Source of the DNA: Acidobacteriota bacterium
GTDB lineage: Bacteria > Acidobacteriota > Thermoanaerobaculia > Multivoradales > UBA5704
Length of the DNA: 64,000 bases
Direction: 5' to 3'
Assembly: GCA_040005235.1 (NCBI GenBank)
Contig: JBDTZG010000002.1
Span: 96,001 to 160,000 of the forward strand
Shown: piece by piece, positions 31,138 to 40,793 of the stretch
Layout: each line of letters starts with the position of its first letter
How positions within the stretch are numbered: position 1 is the stretch's first letter
Position numbers and translations under genes: made by a program
The notes under the pieces: model-generated
Told to the model about the DNA's origin: nothing
Seen by the model: only the letters and a program-made list of their open reading frames with translations
The model's database searches: none

Positions 31138-32153
31138 AGCGGGACTCCTTCGATGCCGAACCAGCGGTCGAGCGCGCGCGGAGGAATCGTCCGCCGCCCT
31201 TGGATCTCCCGCCGCCGCGCAAGGATTTCCCGCCGATGGCGCCAGAGCCACGAGTAGGCGGGAAGCGAGGTCCGCTCGCGCAGAATCGCATAGCCCAAAG
31301 CCAGCAGATCGCGGCCCAGCGTGGGGAGGGCCGTGCGCAGGAAGTTTCCGCCCGTCTGGTGGTAGAGCCGCAGCAGGTAGCGGTTCTTGAGCGAGTGGCG
31401 GTTCACCTGCGCAGGCATCGAGCTGCGCCGCTCCGGCAGGTTGAAACGCCGGTGGACGGCCACCGCGGCGGGATCGTAGAGAATCTCCCACCCCCGCTCG
31501 CGCAAACGAAAGCAAAGCTCCGCATCCTCCCGGAACGAATGGAACGCCGGATCGAAGACCTCGCCGTCGATCGAAACGTCATCGAGCGCCGCTCGCCGGA
31601 AAAGAGAAGCGGCGCCGGTCGCTCCGAACACCCGCTCGGCACGGGTGTACTGGCCGGAATCGACCTCGCCCGACCCCCGGTCCAGATGGCGCCAGGTCCG
31701 GGTGAGCCGCATGCCGCAGGCGTCGAGAATCGCTGGATGTTCGCCGGGGTCTCCGGCGCGCACCAAGCGGCCGGTCACCGCGCCGACTTGCAATTCCGGA
31801 TGCCTCGCGGCCCGTTCGAGCAGCCGGTCGAGATAGTCGGGGGAAGGGAGCGCATCCGCATTGAGCGTCAGCACCCAAGGCGCCGAGGTGCGCGAAAACG
31901 CCTCGTTCATCCCGCCCGCAAACCCAAGATTCTCCAACAGAGGAACGACCATCGCGTGGATCTCGGAAGGCAGAGAGCGAGCCAGCCGCTCGGCCTCCGC
32001 CGAACTGCCGTCGCCACTGGCGCAATCGACCAGCACCACCTCGATCGGCCGATACGACAGCTTCTCGATCGCCTGAAAACAGGCCGCGAGATCGCCCGCC
32101 GAGTTGTGGGTGACGATCGCGATCGCGACAGCGAAACCGTGATTTTCAGTCAC
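31134..32153 (-). CDS. GT2 glycosyltransferase
   Basis: IVTHNS, VDCASGDGS, NLGFAGG, LNAD, EDAELC. Confidence 0.9.
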   Translation of the reverse strand: MTENHGFAVAIAIVTHNSAGDLAACFQAIEKLSYRPIEVVLVDCASGDGSSAEAERLARSLPSEIHAMVVPLLENLGFAGGMNEAFSRTSAPWVLTLNADALPSPDYLDRLLERAARHPELQVGAVTGRLVRAGDPGEHPAILDACGMRLTRTWRHLDRGSGEVDSGQYTRAERVFGATGAASLFRRAALDDVSIDGEVFDPAFHSFREDAELCFRLRERGWEILYDPAAVAVHRRFNLPERRSSMPAQVNRHSLKNRYLLRLYHQTGGNFLRTALPTLGRDLLALGYAILRERTSLPAYSWLWRHRREILARRREIQGRRTIPPRALDRWFGIEGVPL

Positions 32154-33079
32154 GTGCTCGCCATCTCGTCGCGTTTCCACCGGTGCCAGACCTGGCGCAG
32201 CGCCGTCACCAAGCCAAGTGCCGCCTCGCGGCGACTCGCGGCACGAGCGGGGCAACGGATCGGCACGAGAATCAGCCGCAGCAGGAGCCCGAACGCCAAC
32301 GTCCCGCGCGCCAAACCGGCCCAAAGCCCGCCGTGGTGCTTGCGCAGGTAGCGATCCAGATTGCCGTAGTAGGCCGAAAGAAACGGCCCATACCCCAACC
32401 GCGGCACGCTGCTCCCCAACCCATGGCGGAACACCGAAGCCGGCCAATAGTAGAGAGCCATCCCGGCCTGGCCCATCCGCTTCGCCAGATCCACATCCTC
32501 GAACCAAGCCGGATAAAAGCCGGCATCGAAACCACCCACCCGCTCGAACGCCGAACGACGGATCGCCAGCGCCGCGGCAGCCGGCTGCTCGATGCGGGCG
32601 CCCGCGGCCGGTTCCTCTTTCGGCCCCTTCCCCGCGGGAATCAACAGCGTCTGGAGCAACAATGTCCAGGGAGAGGGAAGAGGCCGTAACTGCCACCTAT
32701 GCTGGGAGCCTCCGTCCTCACTCAGAAGCTTCGGAGCGAGCCCGGTGGCATCCGGCAAATCTCTGAAGCCCTCGACCAACCGATCCAAAGCCCCAGGCTC
32801 CGGATGGGCGTCGGGATTCAAGAACAGCAAAATCTCCCCGCGAGCCACCGCCGCCCCGGCGTTCGCGCCCCCCCCAAACCCGAGGTTCTCGCCCGGAGCC
32901 ACGAGCCGAAACGCCCCAGCCGGCAACTCTCCCTCCGAGCCATTGTCCACCACGATCAGCTCGAGCCGAGGATCGTCCGGCCAAGCCGCGACCAACTCGG
33001 CCAACTCGACTTCATTTCGCCAGTGGACGACGATGCCGGAAAGCAGGGGGGAGGAATCAGACGAAGAATCGGGCGACAT
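32150..33079 (-). CDS. GT2 glycosyltransferase
   Basis: VVDNGS, NLGFGGG, FLNPD, FEDVDL. Confidence 0.9.
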   Translation of the reverse strand: MSPDSSSDSSPLLSGIVVHWRNEVELAELVAAWPDDPRLELIVVDNGSEGELPAGAFRLVAPGENLGFGGGANAGAAVARGEILLFLNPDAHPEPGALDRLVEGFRDLPDATGLAPKLLSEDGGSQHRWQLRPLPSPWTLLLQTLLIPAGKGPKEEPAAGARIEQPAAAALAIRRSAFERVGGFDAGFYPAWFEDVDLAKRMGQAGMALYYWPASVFRHGLGSSVPRLGYGPFLSAYYGNLDRYLRKHHGGLWAGLARGTLAFGLLLRLILVPIRCPARAASRREAALGLVTALRQVWHRWKRDEMAST

Positions 33080-33210
33080 GAGGGGCAATCGATCATAACG
33101 CAGCGCTTTTCCTGGGAGCGCCGAGCTCCAGCTCGGCACCGAAGCGGCCCGAAACAGCCAAGATCGCAAAAGAGACCGAGCGGGACTACAATTCCAATCG
33201 AGGTAAGACC

Positions 33211-33417
33211 ATGGCAGAGCCCCAGATCAAGCCAACATCACCGGCCGCCCGAGCCGACGAATTCTTTCGCCACGAGAGTTTCGAAGAACTGGCTCGCGCA
33301 CAAGGAGTCCGCCCTGCAACCCGCCTCGAAAGCTACGAAGGGGGTTGGCCGGCGGATCAGCTCGATGACGGTTTCGAGGAAGCGCTGCTCGCTTGGCGGC
33401 GGATTGAAACCGCTTGA
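33211..33417 (+). CDS. Putative antitoxin
   Basis: 68 aa SFEELARAQGVRP...DDGFEEALLAWR; TTGA overlap with PIN remnant. Confidence 0.65.
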   Translation: MAEPQIKPTSPAARADEFFRHESFEELARAQGVRPATRLESYEGGWPADQLDDGFEEALLAWRRIETA

Positions 33418-33521
33418 AAAAGGTCGTCGTCGACACGTCGGTTGTCTCCTACCTCCTTAAGGGGCATACCAAGCATTTCTCGGGAATCGACGGGCTTGAT
33501 GTGTTGAGCATCCCGGTGTGA
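33414..33521 (+). pseudogene. PIN toxin with in-frame internal deletion
   Basis: MKKVVVDTSVVSYLLKGHT joined to C-terminal KHFSGIDGLDVLS; only 35 aa. Confidence 0.7.
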
Positions 33522-33730
33522 CGCCGCCTGAAGATCCCGGGACCGGCAAGCAGCTCGGCACCGAAGCGGCGAAGCTTCCCAAGCGGCCCAAACCGCTGCT
33601 CGGCGATCGGTGAGATGATTTCACCCCCGATGGCGGTCGGCCGCGGCGTAACCGCAGAATCCGCTCGCGCGTGACGTTCTGAGCGAGTACGGCGGAATTC
33701 CCGGCGGTGCTGGCGCCGCGCGGTGCTGGA

Positions 33731-34167
33731 AAGCGGCTATCGGTCCCAGGAAGTCGCTATCCGTCCCAGGAAGCGGCCGAAAGTCCCGGGAAGCGGCTAT
33801 CCGTCCCAGGAAGCGGCTATCCGTCCCAGGAAGCGGTGAAAAGCCCCGGGAAGTGGCTATCCGTCCCAGGAAGCTGGAAAAAGCCCCAGGAAGCGGCTAT
33901 CGGTCCCAGGAAGCGGGGAAAAGCCCCAGGAAGCGGTGGAAAGCCCCGGGAAGCGGCTATCCGTCCCAGGAAGCGGCTGTAGCTTCTGGAACACCGCTTT
34001 CCGAAGCAGAACACGGTTCACGGTAACGGATAGCGGCTTCCCGTTCCGGAATACCGCTTCCGCTCCCGAAACGCGCTCATCCGGCTTGGATAGCCGCTAT
34101 CGGCGCAGGAAGACGCATCGCCGCTCCTGATCTCGAACTTCCGCGCCGGATAGCCTCTTTCCAGCGC
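33731..34167. repeat. 12 x 20-bp tandem repeat followed by about 9 degenerate inverted 20-bp units
   Basis: Consensus AAGCGGCTATCCGTCCCAGG at 33731-33970; GGATAGC-type inverted units at 34028, 34088 and 34148. Confidence 0.9.
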
Positions 34168-34190
34168 GGCAAGAGGCCCACACTTCCATC

Positions 34191-34733
34191 TCAAGCCTTT
34201 GCCTCCAATAGATCAGATCGCCGCCACATCGGCTGAACGGCGCCCTCGCCTTCCGCCCGATCGGTCATCAAAACGCCGTCCAGATGGTCGATCTCGTGCT
34301 GGATCAATTCGGAGAGATCCGGCGGCAGTTCCTTCCACTGCTGCGGCTGAAACTGGTGGTCGCGATAGCTGAGCGAGATCGATCGGTACCGGCGGACACG
34401 GACGAGAACGTCGGGGATGCTCAAGCAATCGTCCCAGACGAGAAACGTCTCGTCGCTTCGCCAGGTGACGACGGGGTTGAGAAGGAGAAAAGGCCCGGAC
34501 CCAAGATCCATGGCCACGAGCCGCTTCTGCACGCCGACCTGTACCGCCGAGATCGCGCGACCGAATCCGCACCGCTCCCTGAAATCGCGCAGGGTGGCGA
34601 TCAGCGCAGAGGCGTCGGCGAGCAACGCCGGATCGATGGCGGTCACTTCGGCGGACCGCTCGCGCAGCCGCGGATCGCCCGCGAGCAGGATGGGGAGAGC
34701 CTTTGTCTCTGGGTCGAAGTCGAAGGGGTTCAT
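34191..34733 (-). CDS. def: Peptide deformylase family protein
   Basis: GRAISAVQVG, DDCLS, QHEIDHLDG. Confidence 0.85.
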   Translation of the reverse strand: MNPFDFDPETKALPILLAGDPRLRERSAEVTAIDPALLADASALIATLRDFRERCGFGRAISAVQVGVQKRLVAMDLGSGPFLLLNPVVTWRSDETFLVWDDCLSIPDVLVRVRRYRSISLSYRDHQFQPQQWKELPPDLSELIQHEIDHLDGVLMTDRAEGEGAVQPMWRRSDLLEAKA

Positions 34734-34895
34734 CAGTCTTCGGCGATTCTATGTGAGCCGCCGCAGGCTTTTTCCCGGGACCGCCGCGCACCAGCTCGGC
34801 CCTTGCACCGAGCGGCCTCGGGTGCCGGACGTGGAGAAAGAAAACGGCCGAGCTGGTGCTCGGCGATCCCGGGAGCCGCATACAATCCTCATCTC

Positions 34896-36983
34896 ATGTT
34901 CCTGATCGATCTGCTCGGCGCGCTGCTGACGCTTGCGGCGTTCTCGTTCCTCGGCCTTTCGGGCTACCTCGCGGCGACCGCGCTGATCGGGGAGCGCGCC
35001 CGGCGGGATCCTCTCTCGCTCGCCGTCGCCTGGGGTCTCTCCGCCCTGTCGATTGCTCTGCTGATCGGTCTGCTCCTCGGCGCGATCGGGCAACTGCGGA
35101 TCGACCTTGCGCTCTCCGGGCTGGCCCTGCTCGCGATCGTGCAACTCCAGCGCGCCAAGAAGACCGACGATCCTTGGGGTCCCGCGCGTTTGCTGGGTCG
35201 CTGTGCGTGGGTTCATCTCTCCGAGCGGCCGGCGCTCGCGATCCTCACGCTTCATGCGGCGGGGAGCGAGCTGCTGCGCGGGTTGCTCCGGCCGCCTTTG
35301 AGCTGGGACAGCTTGATGTACCACCTGCTGCTCACGGCGACCTGGGTGCAAGAGAAAAACCTGGCTCCCGTGTTCGGGCCGGCTCCGACCAACTTCTATG
35401 GCTTTCAGCCGGGCAATGGCTCGCTCTGGTTCTGGTGGTGGATGGCACCGTCGCACAGCGAGTTCTGGGTCAACCTCAGCGGGGCTCTGCCGTGGCTGCT
35501 GCTCGGTCTCGCCGCAGGCGCCGTGGCACGGCAGCTCGGGGCCGGCAAAAGCTGGCCGGTGGCGGCTTATCTGGCTCTGCTCACACCCTGCATCGTCCGC
35601 TTCGTCGGCGCGCAGTACGTCGACCTGTTGGTGGGCGCGGGGATCGCTGCCGCTGCGTACTTCTCGATGCTCTGGCTCGACGAGCCGCGGTGGGGGACGG
35701 CGCTGCTCGCCGGTGCCGGGCTCGGAATCGCGGCGGGGGCTAAGGTGCTGGCCCTTCCTTATGTCTTGGCATTTGCCGGCGCTTTGCTGCTGGCCGCGGC
35801 GTTGCGCGGCGGGTGGCGGGTGCGGATCGGCCAGGTCCTTGCGGCGATCGTGATCGCTGGGTTGCTCGGTGGTTTCTGGTACGTCCGCAACCTCGCGTAT
35901 GGCGCGGGGCCGCTCGGCCTGCGTTGCGAGGGGACGGCGGCGGGCGCCCAGGCCGACCGCGGCGAGGCGCCGACGATTCCGCGGCCGAACAGCGTGCTCG
36001 ACCAGTTCGGCACCTATTGGCGGTCGGGGCAGTTGATCGATGCGTCTCTCGGTTATATCCGCCCGCAGTCGCTCGAATTGGGTTTCGGGCCGCAGGTCTT
36101 CCTTCTGCTGCCGCTTCTTGCCTTCCCCTTGGGGCTTCCCCGCGGACGACGGCGGGCGTCGTTCCTTATCTGGAGCCAGATCGCGGCGCAGGCGTTCGTC
36201 TGGGCGACCATTCCGTACGCCGATCGAGGGACGATCTACGCCAACATCCGCTACCTGGACGGCGCGATCGCGCTCGCCTTGGCCGGTGGGGTCGCGCTGC
36301 TCGAAATGCGCTCCGTCGCCTCCCGCTGGATCGAGGGACTCGCGATCGTGCTCGCCGCCCAGGGTCTGCTGCAAATGCATTCCGAAATGCCGCGCGGCGT
36401 CCGGCTCGCGATGGCGGTGGTGGATCTTGTCGTCGTCGCCCTGGCGCTCTCGGCCGGCCTGAGGTCGAAAATCCGCGAGCGCGCTCTGGCCGTGGCGGTC
36501 GCGGGAGTCGTTCTGCTGCTCGTTGGCGCGCCGATCCTAGCCGGCTTTCGGGCGGCCGATCGGGGCCGGGCGATGGCGCAGGAGGTGACGGTCCACAAGA
36601 CGCCGGTCGAGCTATTCGCCCGCGCCTGGACCTGGCTGGACCGTTTCGGCGAGCACGGCACCGTCGCGGTGGCGAGCAGCCCGCAGCATTTCTTCGTCTA
36701 TCCCGCGATGGGGCCTCGGCTGGAACGCAAGGCGATCTTCGCCAACGTCAACGCGGCGGATTTTTCAAACGCCGCGGCCTACCCCGCCTGCGATCCGCGC
36801 GTCGATTTGAACCCCGGCGCTTGGCTCGCCAACCTTGCCAAGCACGAGGTGCGCTGGCTCCACCTGATGCGCTATCCCGGCACCGAATACCTGCCGGAAC
36901 GCGCCTGGGCCGACGCGCGGCCCGATCGCTTCACGCTCCGCTACGAGGACGACGGGAACCGGATCTATGAGGTGAGCCCGTAA
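34896..36983 (+). CDS. GT-C-like multi-TM membrane glycosyltransferase
   Basis: Many TMs; SWDSLMYH; YVD; FWYVRN; RY motif. Confidence 0.7.
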   Translation: MFLIDLLGALLTLAAFSFLGLSGYLAATALIGERARRDPLSLAVAWGLSALSIALLIGLLLGAIGQLRIDLALSGLALLAIVQLQRAKKTDDPWGPARLLGRCAWVHLSERPALAILTLHAAGSELLRGLLRPPLSWDSLMYHLLLTATWVQEKNLAPVFGPAPTNFYGFQPGNGSLWFWWWMAPSHSEFWVNLSGALPWLLLGLAAGAVARQLGAGKSWPVAAYLALLTPCIVRFVGAQYVDLLVGAGIAAAAYFSMLWLDEPRWGTALLAGAGLGIAAGAKVLALPYVLAFAGALLLAAALRGGWRVRIGQVLAAIVIAGLLGGFWYVRNLAYGAGPLGLRCEGTAAGAQADRGEAPTIPRPNSVLDQFGTYWRSGQLIDASLGYIRPQSLELGFGPQVFLLLPLLAFPLGLPRGRRRASFLIWSQIAAQAFVWATIPYADRGTIYANIRYLDGAIALALAGGVALLEMRSVASRWIEGLAIVLAAQGLLQMHSEMPRGVRLAMAVVDLVVVALALSAGLRSKIRERALAVAVAGVVLLLVGAPILAGFRAADRGRAMAQEVTVHKTPVELFARAWTWLDRFGEHGTVAVASSPQHFFVYPAMGPRLERKAIFANVNAADFSNAAAYPACDPRVDLNPGAWLANLAKHEVRWLHLMRYPGTEYLPERAWADARPDRFTLRYEDDGNRIYEVSP

Positions 36984-37012
36984 GCCCAGCCCACTAGGGC
37001 CGGGGGTGAGGG

Positions 37013-37636
37013 CTACTGCCAGGCGAGCGAGAGCATCTCGTCGAACGGCATGCCCGGCTTGCGCGAGCGGGCCATGACGAGGCGCCAGGCATCGGGCACC
37101 GGCGGCCCTTGCTGCATCATCTCGATGGATTCCTTGTCGCCGCCCCAAGCGGAAAACGCGAGGCCCATGGCGACCGGACCGCCGGTCGGGATCGGCGCCG
37201 GCACCATGGCGAGTTTCTTTTCGAGATCCAGCCGCAGGGCCAACGGCAGGCGTTTCGTGGCGGGAAACGCGAACCAAACCTTCGCCGGACTGCCCGGCCG
37301 GACGGTCGAAATCAACACGCCCGAGCACCCTTCGCCGCGCGGTGCGGCCGCGAAGATTTTCTTCGCCTCGGTCTCGAGCTGCTTTAAGTAGAACGTGGCG
37401 ATCAGGCCGTCGCCCCCGAGCCGCTCGCGCAGCAGAACATCGGGCTGGAACAGGACCGCCTGATGCACCACGAACGCCGCGGTAGGTGTTGGAGTCTTCA
37501 GAGGTGCGGCAGCTTTCGGAGGTGCGGCGGCTTTCGGCGGGGCCGGAGCCTGCGCGATAGCCGAAAGGGCGATCATCGACCCCAGTGCGAGGGCCGAAAG
37601 GGTTGCGAGCTGGAAGCGCTTCGGGAGGGTCGTCAT
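37013..37636 (-). CDS. Secreted hypothetical protein
   Basis: Signal peptide; PPKAAAPPKAAAP linker. Confidence 0.7.
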   Translation of the reverse strand: MTTLPKRFQLATLSALALGSMIALSAIAQAPAPPKAAAPPKAAAPLKTPTPTAAFVVHQAVLFQPDVLLRERLGGDGLIATFYLKQLETEAKKIFAAAPRGEGCSGVLISTVRPGSPAKVWFAFPATKRLPLALRLDLEKKLAMVPAPIPTGGPVAMGLAFSAWGGDKESIEMMQQGPPVPDAWRLVMARSRKPGMPFDEMLSLAWQ

Positions 37637-37686
37637 CGGTAGAAATTCTCCATCGTCTTCGAGTGTGCCCGGATTCAGAGGGGCGG

Positions 37687-38727
37687 CTACATCTTACGCT
37701 GGGCCAGCCAACGCCCCACGAACGGCAGGGCCATCAGCCCCAAGACCACGGCGAACCAGAGGGTGGCGGCGCGGATGATCAGGGTGGCCGAAGCGGCAGC
37801 CGCGGTGTCGAGCCCCTGGCTGCTGAGAAGGCCGGTGAGGACCCCTTCCGCCGCGAGCAAGCCGCCCGGGAGCATCGATAGCGAGCCGGCGCAGGTGGAC
37901 AGGCTGTAGTTGAAGATGCCGGAGAGGAACCCTGCCTGCGGCGCGTATTGCCGCACCGCGAGGGCGAAGCCGATCCCCTCGGCCCCCCAGGCGACCACCG
38001 CGATGGCTAGCCCGATCGCCAGCAGTCCGGGAGAGAGCAGGCCGCGCAGGTCGTCGTAGATCCCGCGGATCATGCCGGCGCGCCGGCCGATCGCGGGGAT
38101 CTTCGCGATCAGGGCGAACAGCGCCTCGGCGCCGCGCTCCCAGGTGAGGACCGCGACGGCAGCCGCCACCGCCGCGAAACAGGCGGCGGCGATCCAGATT
38201 CCGCCGTGAAACGGCAGGGCGCCGAGCCCCAGGAGGACGAACACGCCGAGCAGATCGGCCGCGCGCTCGGCGAGCACCGCGGGCACCACGCGCCGGGCTT
38301 GGCCTCCCCCCAGCTCGCGCACCAGCCAGGCTTTGCCCAGCTCGCCAGCCTTGCCGGGAGTCACCGAGAGCAGGAAACCGACCAGGAAGACCGCGAGGCT
38401 TTTCCCCAGCGAAAGCGTCACTCCGAGCCGATCGAGATAGATCTGCCAGCGGACGAAGCGAAGGACGTAGTTGCCGAGCGAGAGACCCAGAATCGGCAGC
38501 AGCAGTTCGAGATCGAACTCGCGCAGCCGGGCGGCGACCTTTCCCGCATCCGCGAAAAGCGCCAAGCCCACGCAGGCAAGGACCCCGAGGAACCCCGGGA
38601 TCAGCAGTCGGCGGCCGAGATGCTCGAAGCCGCGCCCGGCCTCTTCCATCTCCGCCGGGGTGGCGGAGTGGGTTGCTGGAGGGGACGCGGCTTGGGGCTC
38701 GTTCGGGGAGTTGAAGGTCTGGCTCAA
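37687..38727 (-). CDS. Lysylphosphatidylglycerol-synthase-TM (flippase-like) protein
   Basis: LRFVRW, TPGKAGELGK, ER..D, PGGL...EG, R..TLW; start at TTG 38727 or ATG 38649. Confidence 0.85.
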   Translation of the reverse strand: MSQTFNSPNEPQAASPPATHSATPAEMEEAGRGFEHLGRRLLIPGFLGVLACVGLALFADAGKVAARLREFDLELLLPILGLSLGNYVLRFVRWQIYLDRLGVTLSLGKSLAVFLVGFLLSVTPGKAGELGKAWLVRELGGGQARRVVPAVLAERAADLLGVFVLLGLGALPFHGGIWIAAACFAAVAAAVAVLTWERGAEALFALIAKIPAIGRRAGMIRGIYDDLRGLLSPGLLAIGLAIAVVAWGAEGIGFALAVRQYAPQAGFLSGIFNYSLSTCAGSLSMLPGGLLAAEGVLTGLLSSQGLDTAAAASATLIIRAATLWFAVVLGLMALPFVGRWLAQRKM

Positions 38728-39842
38728 GCGGCCTTCCGCTCGGCCGGTGCTACCTCCGGATATTGCTCGAACAGGCGCATCCACTGGCTGTTCTTGGTGT
38801 AGTCGGCGGTTCGCTTCTTGCCGATCGTCGGGTACCAGATGTAGTCGTGGTAGAAGTACGAACCGAACACGAACAGATTGACCAGCGGGGTGTGGAAGAA
38901 CAGGTTCTGAAGCCCCTTGAGCGGCCCGAACCAGATCGCGTCGCCGATCCGGGAGGCCGAGTTGTCGCCGACCCGGAACTTGAAGTTCATGTTCGAGATG
39001 TCCATGCCGACCACGTCGATGTCGCGCGGATCGCCGATGCCCAAGCCGGCTTCGTGGGCCAGGCGGATGTACTTGATCGACATCGGGTCGAAGCCCATGA
39101 GCTTTGCGGCCACGGCGTCGATGGCCACCTGATCGCCGGAAGCCAGCATCAGGTTCTTCTCGACCGGGATCATCGTCCGGGGCCCCGGGCCGTTGCCGCA
39201 GGTCGTTCCGTCCTTCACCGCGAACAGTCCGCTGTGGATCTCTTTCTGGATCGTCAGCAGATCGACCAGCGTCTCGTGGATCCAGCTGTGCGTGTAGTGG
39301 CGGCGGGTGTTCAGCAGGCCGCCGAAGGCGTTCTTCATTGCGCCGGTCGTGGTGGTGTAGATGTGGCATTTGACGGTCGGCAGGTGGACGATGTTTTTGC
39401 CCAGGAAGAACTCGGGGATGGTGATCCCCTCGGGGTAGATCTTCTCCAGCACCAGCATCTTCCCCTTCGGCTTGTAGGTGATCCACTTCAAGTCGTCGGC
39501 GAAGCAGTTGTATCGGACCGGAACACCGTACTGGTCGAGCACGGGGAGGTAGCGGTTCAGCCGCTCGCCCTTCTTGGGGTCGGTCACCACCGTATTGTTC
39601 TGGACGCAGACCAGGTCCGAGTAGCCGTCGGCCCGCAGCTTCTGGATCGTCCCTTCCAGCTGCCAAGGGGTCGTGTTGGCGCCCGGGAACGGGAAGTGCC
39701 AGGAGATGTTGTCCTTCAAAATCGTCGTGGCCTTGGGGTCGAGGTACTTTTTCACCTCGGCCAGTTCCATCGTGCGTCCGATGTCTTCGAGAACGGTGTC
39801 GGGCTTCGTTTCGAGGATGGCGACGCGAGCTTTCGGGGGCAT
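38724..39842 (-). CDS. DUF362-domain protein
   Basis: LKDNISW, LPTVKCH, TGAMKNAFG, DQVAIDAV...MGFDP. Confidence 0.85.
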   Translation of the reverse strand: MPPKARVAILETKPDTVLEDIGRTMELAEVKKYLDPKATTILKDNISWHFPFPGANTTPWQLEGTIQKLRADGYSDLVCVQNNTVVTDPKKGERLNRYLPVLDQYGVPVRYNCFADDLKWITYKPKGKMLVLEKIYPEGITIPEFFLGKNIVHLPTVKCHIYTTTTGAMKNAFGGLLNTRRHYTHSWIHETLVDLLTIQKEIHSGLFAVKDGTTCGNGPGPRTMIPVEKNLMLASGDQVAIDAVAAKLMGFDPMSIKYIRLAHEAGLGIGDPRDIDVVGMDISNMNFKFRVGDNSASRIGDAIWFGPLKGLQNLFFHTPLVNLFVFGSYFYHDYIWYPTIGKKRTADYTKNSQWMRLFEQYPEVAPAERKAA

Positions 39843-40037
39843 AAGTGGGTTCTCCGGTTCGGGACTTAGCGAAGCGGCGCGGCTGAGCACCGGGCGCCGG
39901 AAGTAGGAAAAGCGGCCGATGGCGGATCAAAATTCCACCGGGAAGGCCGATTATAGCGGGTCTCCGCCCGGCTCGGCCTGGCTCTGGCTACCCGCCCGCC
40001 GCCAGGGCGTGAGAAGTTCGTGAGAAGCTTCGCGCCG

Positions 40038-40793
40038 ATGCCCGCCGCCCTGGCCGTTTCCAACGTCGTCAAGGTCTATCCCGAAGGAACTCGGGCGCTC
40101 GACGGGGTCTCTTTTTCGGTCGCGGCGGGGGAGACCGTGGCGCTGGTCGGCGAGAGCGGTTCGGGCAAGACGACGCTGCTACGGCTGTTCAACCGGCGGC
40201 TGGAACCGACCTCCGGCCGGGTCGAGGTCGCGGGGGAGGACGTGGCCGGAGTCGATCCGATCGCGCTCCGGCGGCGGCTCGGCTACGTGCCGCAGGACGG
40301 CGGTCTGCTTCCTCACTGGACGGTGGGCAAGAACGTCGAGACGGTGCCGCGCCTGCTCGGGTGGGAAGCGCCGCGCCGCCGGGAGCGCGCCAAAGAGCTG
40401 CTCGACCTGGTCGGATTGTCCGATAGGACCTACGCCGGCCGGTACCCGAACGAGCTGTCCGGCGGCCAGCGCCAGAGAGTGGCGTTCGCCCGCGCGCTCG
40501 CCGCCGACCCGCCGATCCTGCTGCTCGATGAGCCGTTCGGCGCGCTCGACGCGCTCACCCGGCGCGAGCTGCACGAGCAGTTCGCCGCCTGGACCGCGGC
40601 GCTCGGCAAAGCCGCCGTTCTGGTGACCCATGACCTCGCGGAGGCGTTCCGCCTCGCGGCGCGGACGGGGGTGCTGCGGGGAGGACGGCTGCTTCAGATC
40701 GGTCCCGCCGAGGACCTGGAGCGGCGGCCGGCCGATCCGTATGTCGAGGCGTTGCTCGACTTGGCGCTCTCGCGGCGGAGCACAAATGAGTAG
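40038..40793 (+). CDS. Osmoprotectant-type ABC transporter ATPase
   Basis: GESGSGKTT, YPNELSGGQRQR, DEPFGALD. Confidence 0.9.
   Translation: MPAALAVSNVVKVYPEGTRALDGVSFSVAAGETVALVGESGSGKTTLLRLFNRRLEPTSGRVEVAGEDVAGVDPIALRRRLGYVPQDGGLLPHWTVGKNVETVPRLLGWEAPRRRERAKELLDLVGLSDRTYAGRYPNELSGGQRQRVAFARALAADPPILLLDEPFGALDALTRRELHEQFAAWTAALGKAAVLVTHDLAEAFRLAARTGVLRGGRLLQIGPAEDLERRPADPYVEALLDLALSRRSTNE

Larger units (their letters stand above)
33129..33570. repeat. 20-bp direct repeat bracketing a TA module
   Basis: CAGCTCGGCACCGAAGCGGC at 33129-33148 and 33551-33570. Confidence 0.85.

Noticed and set aside
33731-33970. CRISPR array
   Set aside because: Units are contiguous 20-mers with no unique spacers, and no cas genes are in the window.
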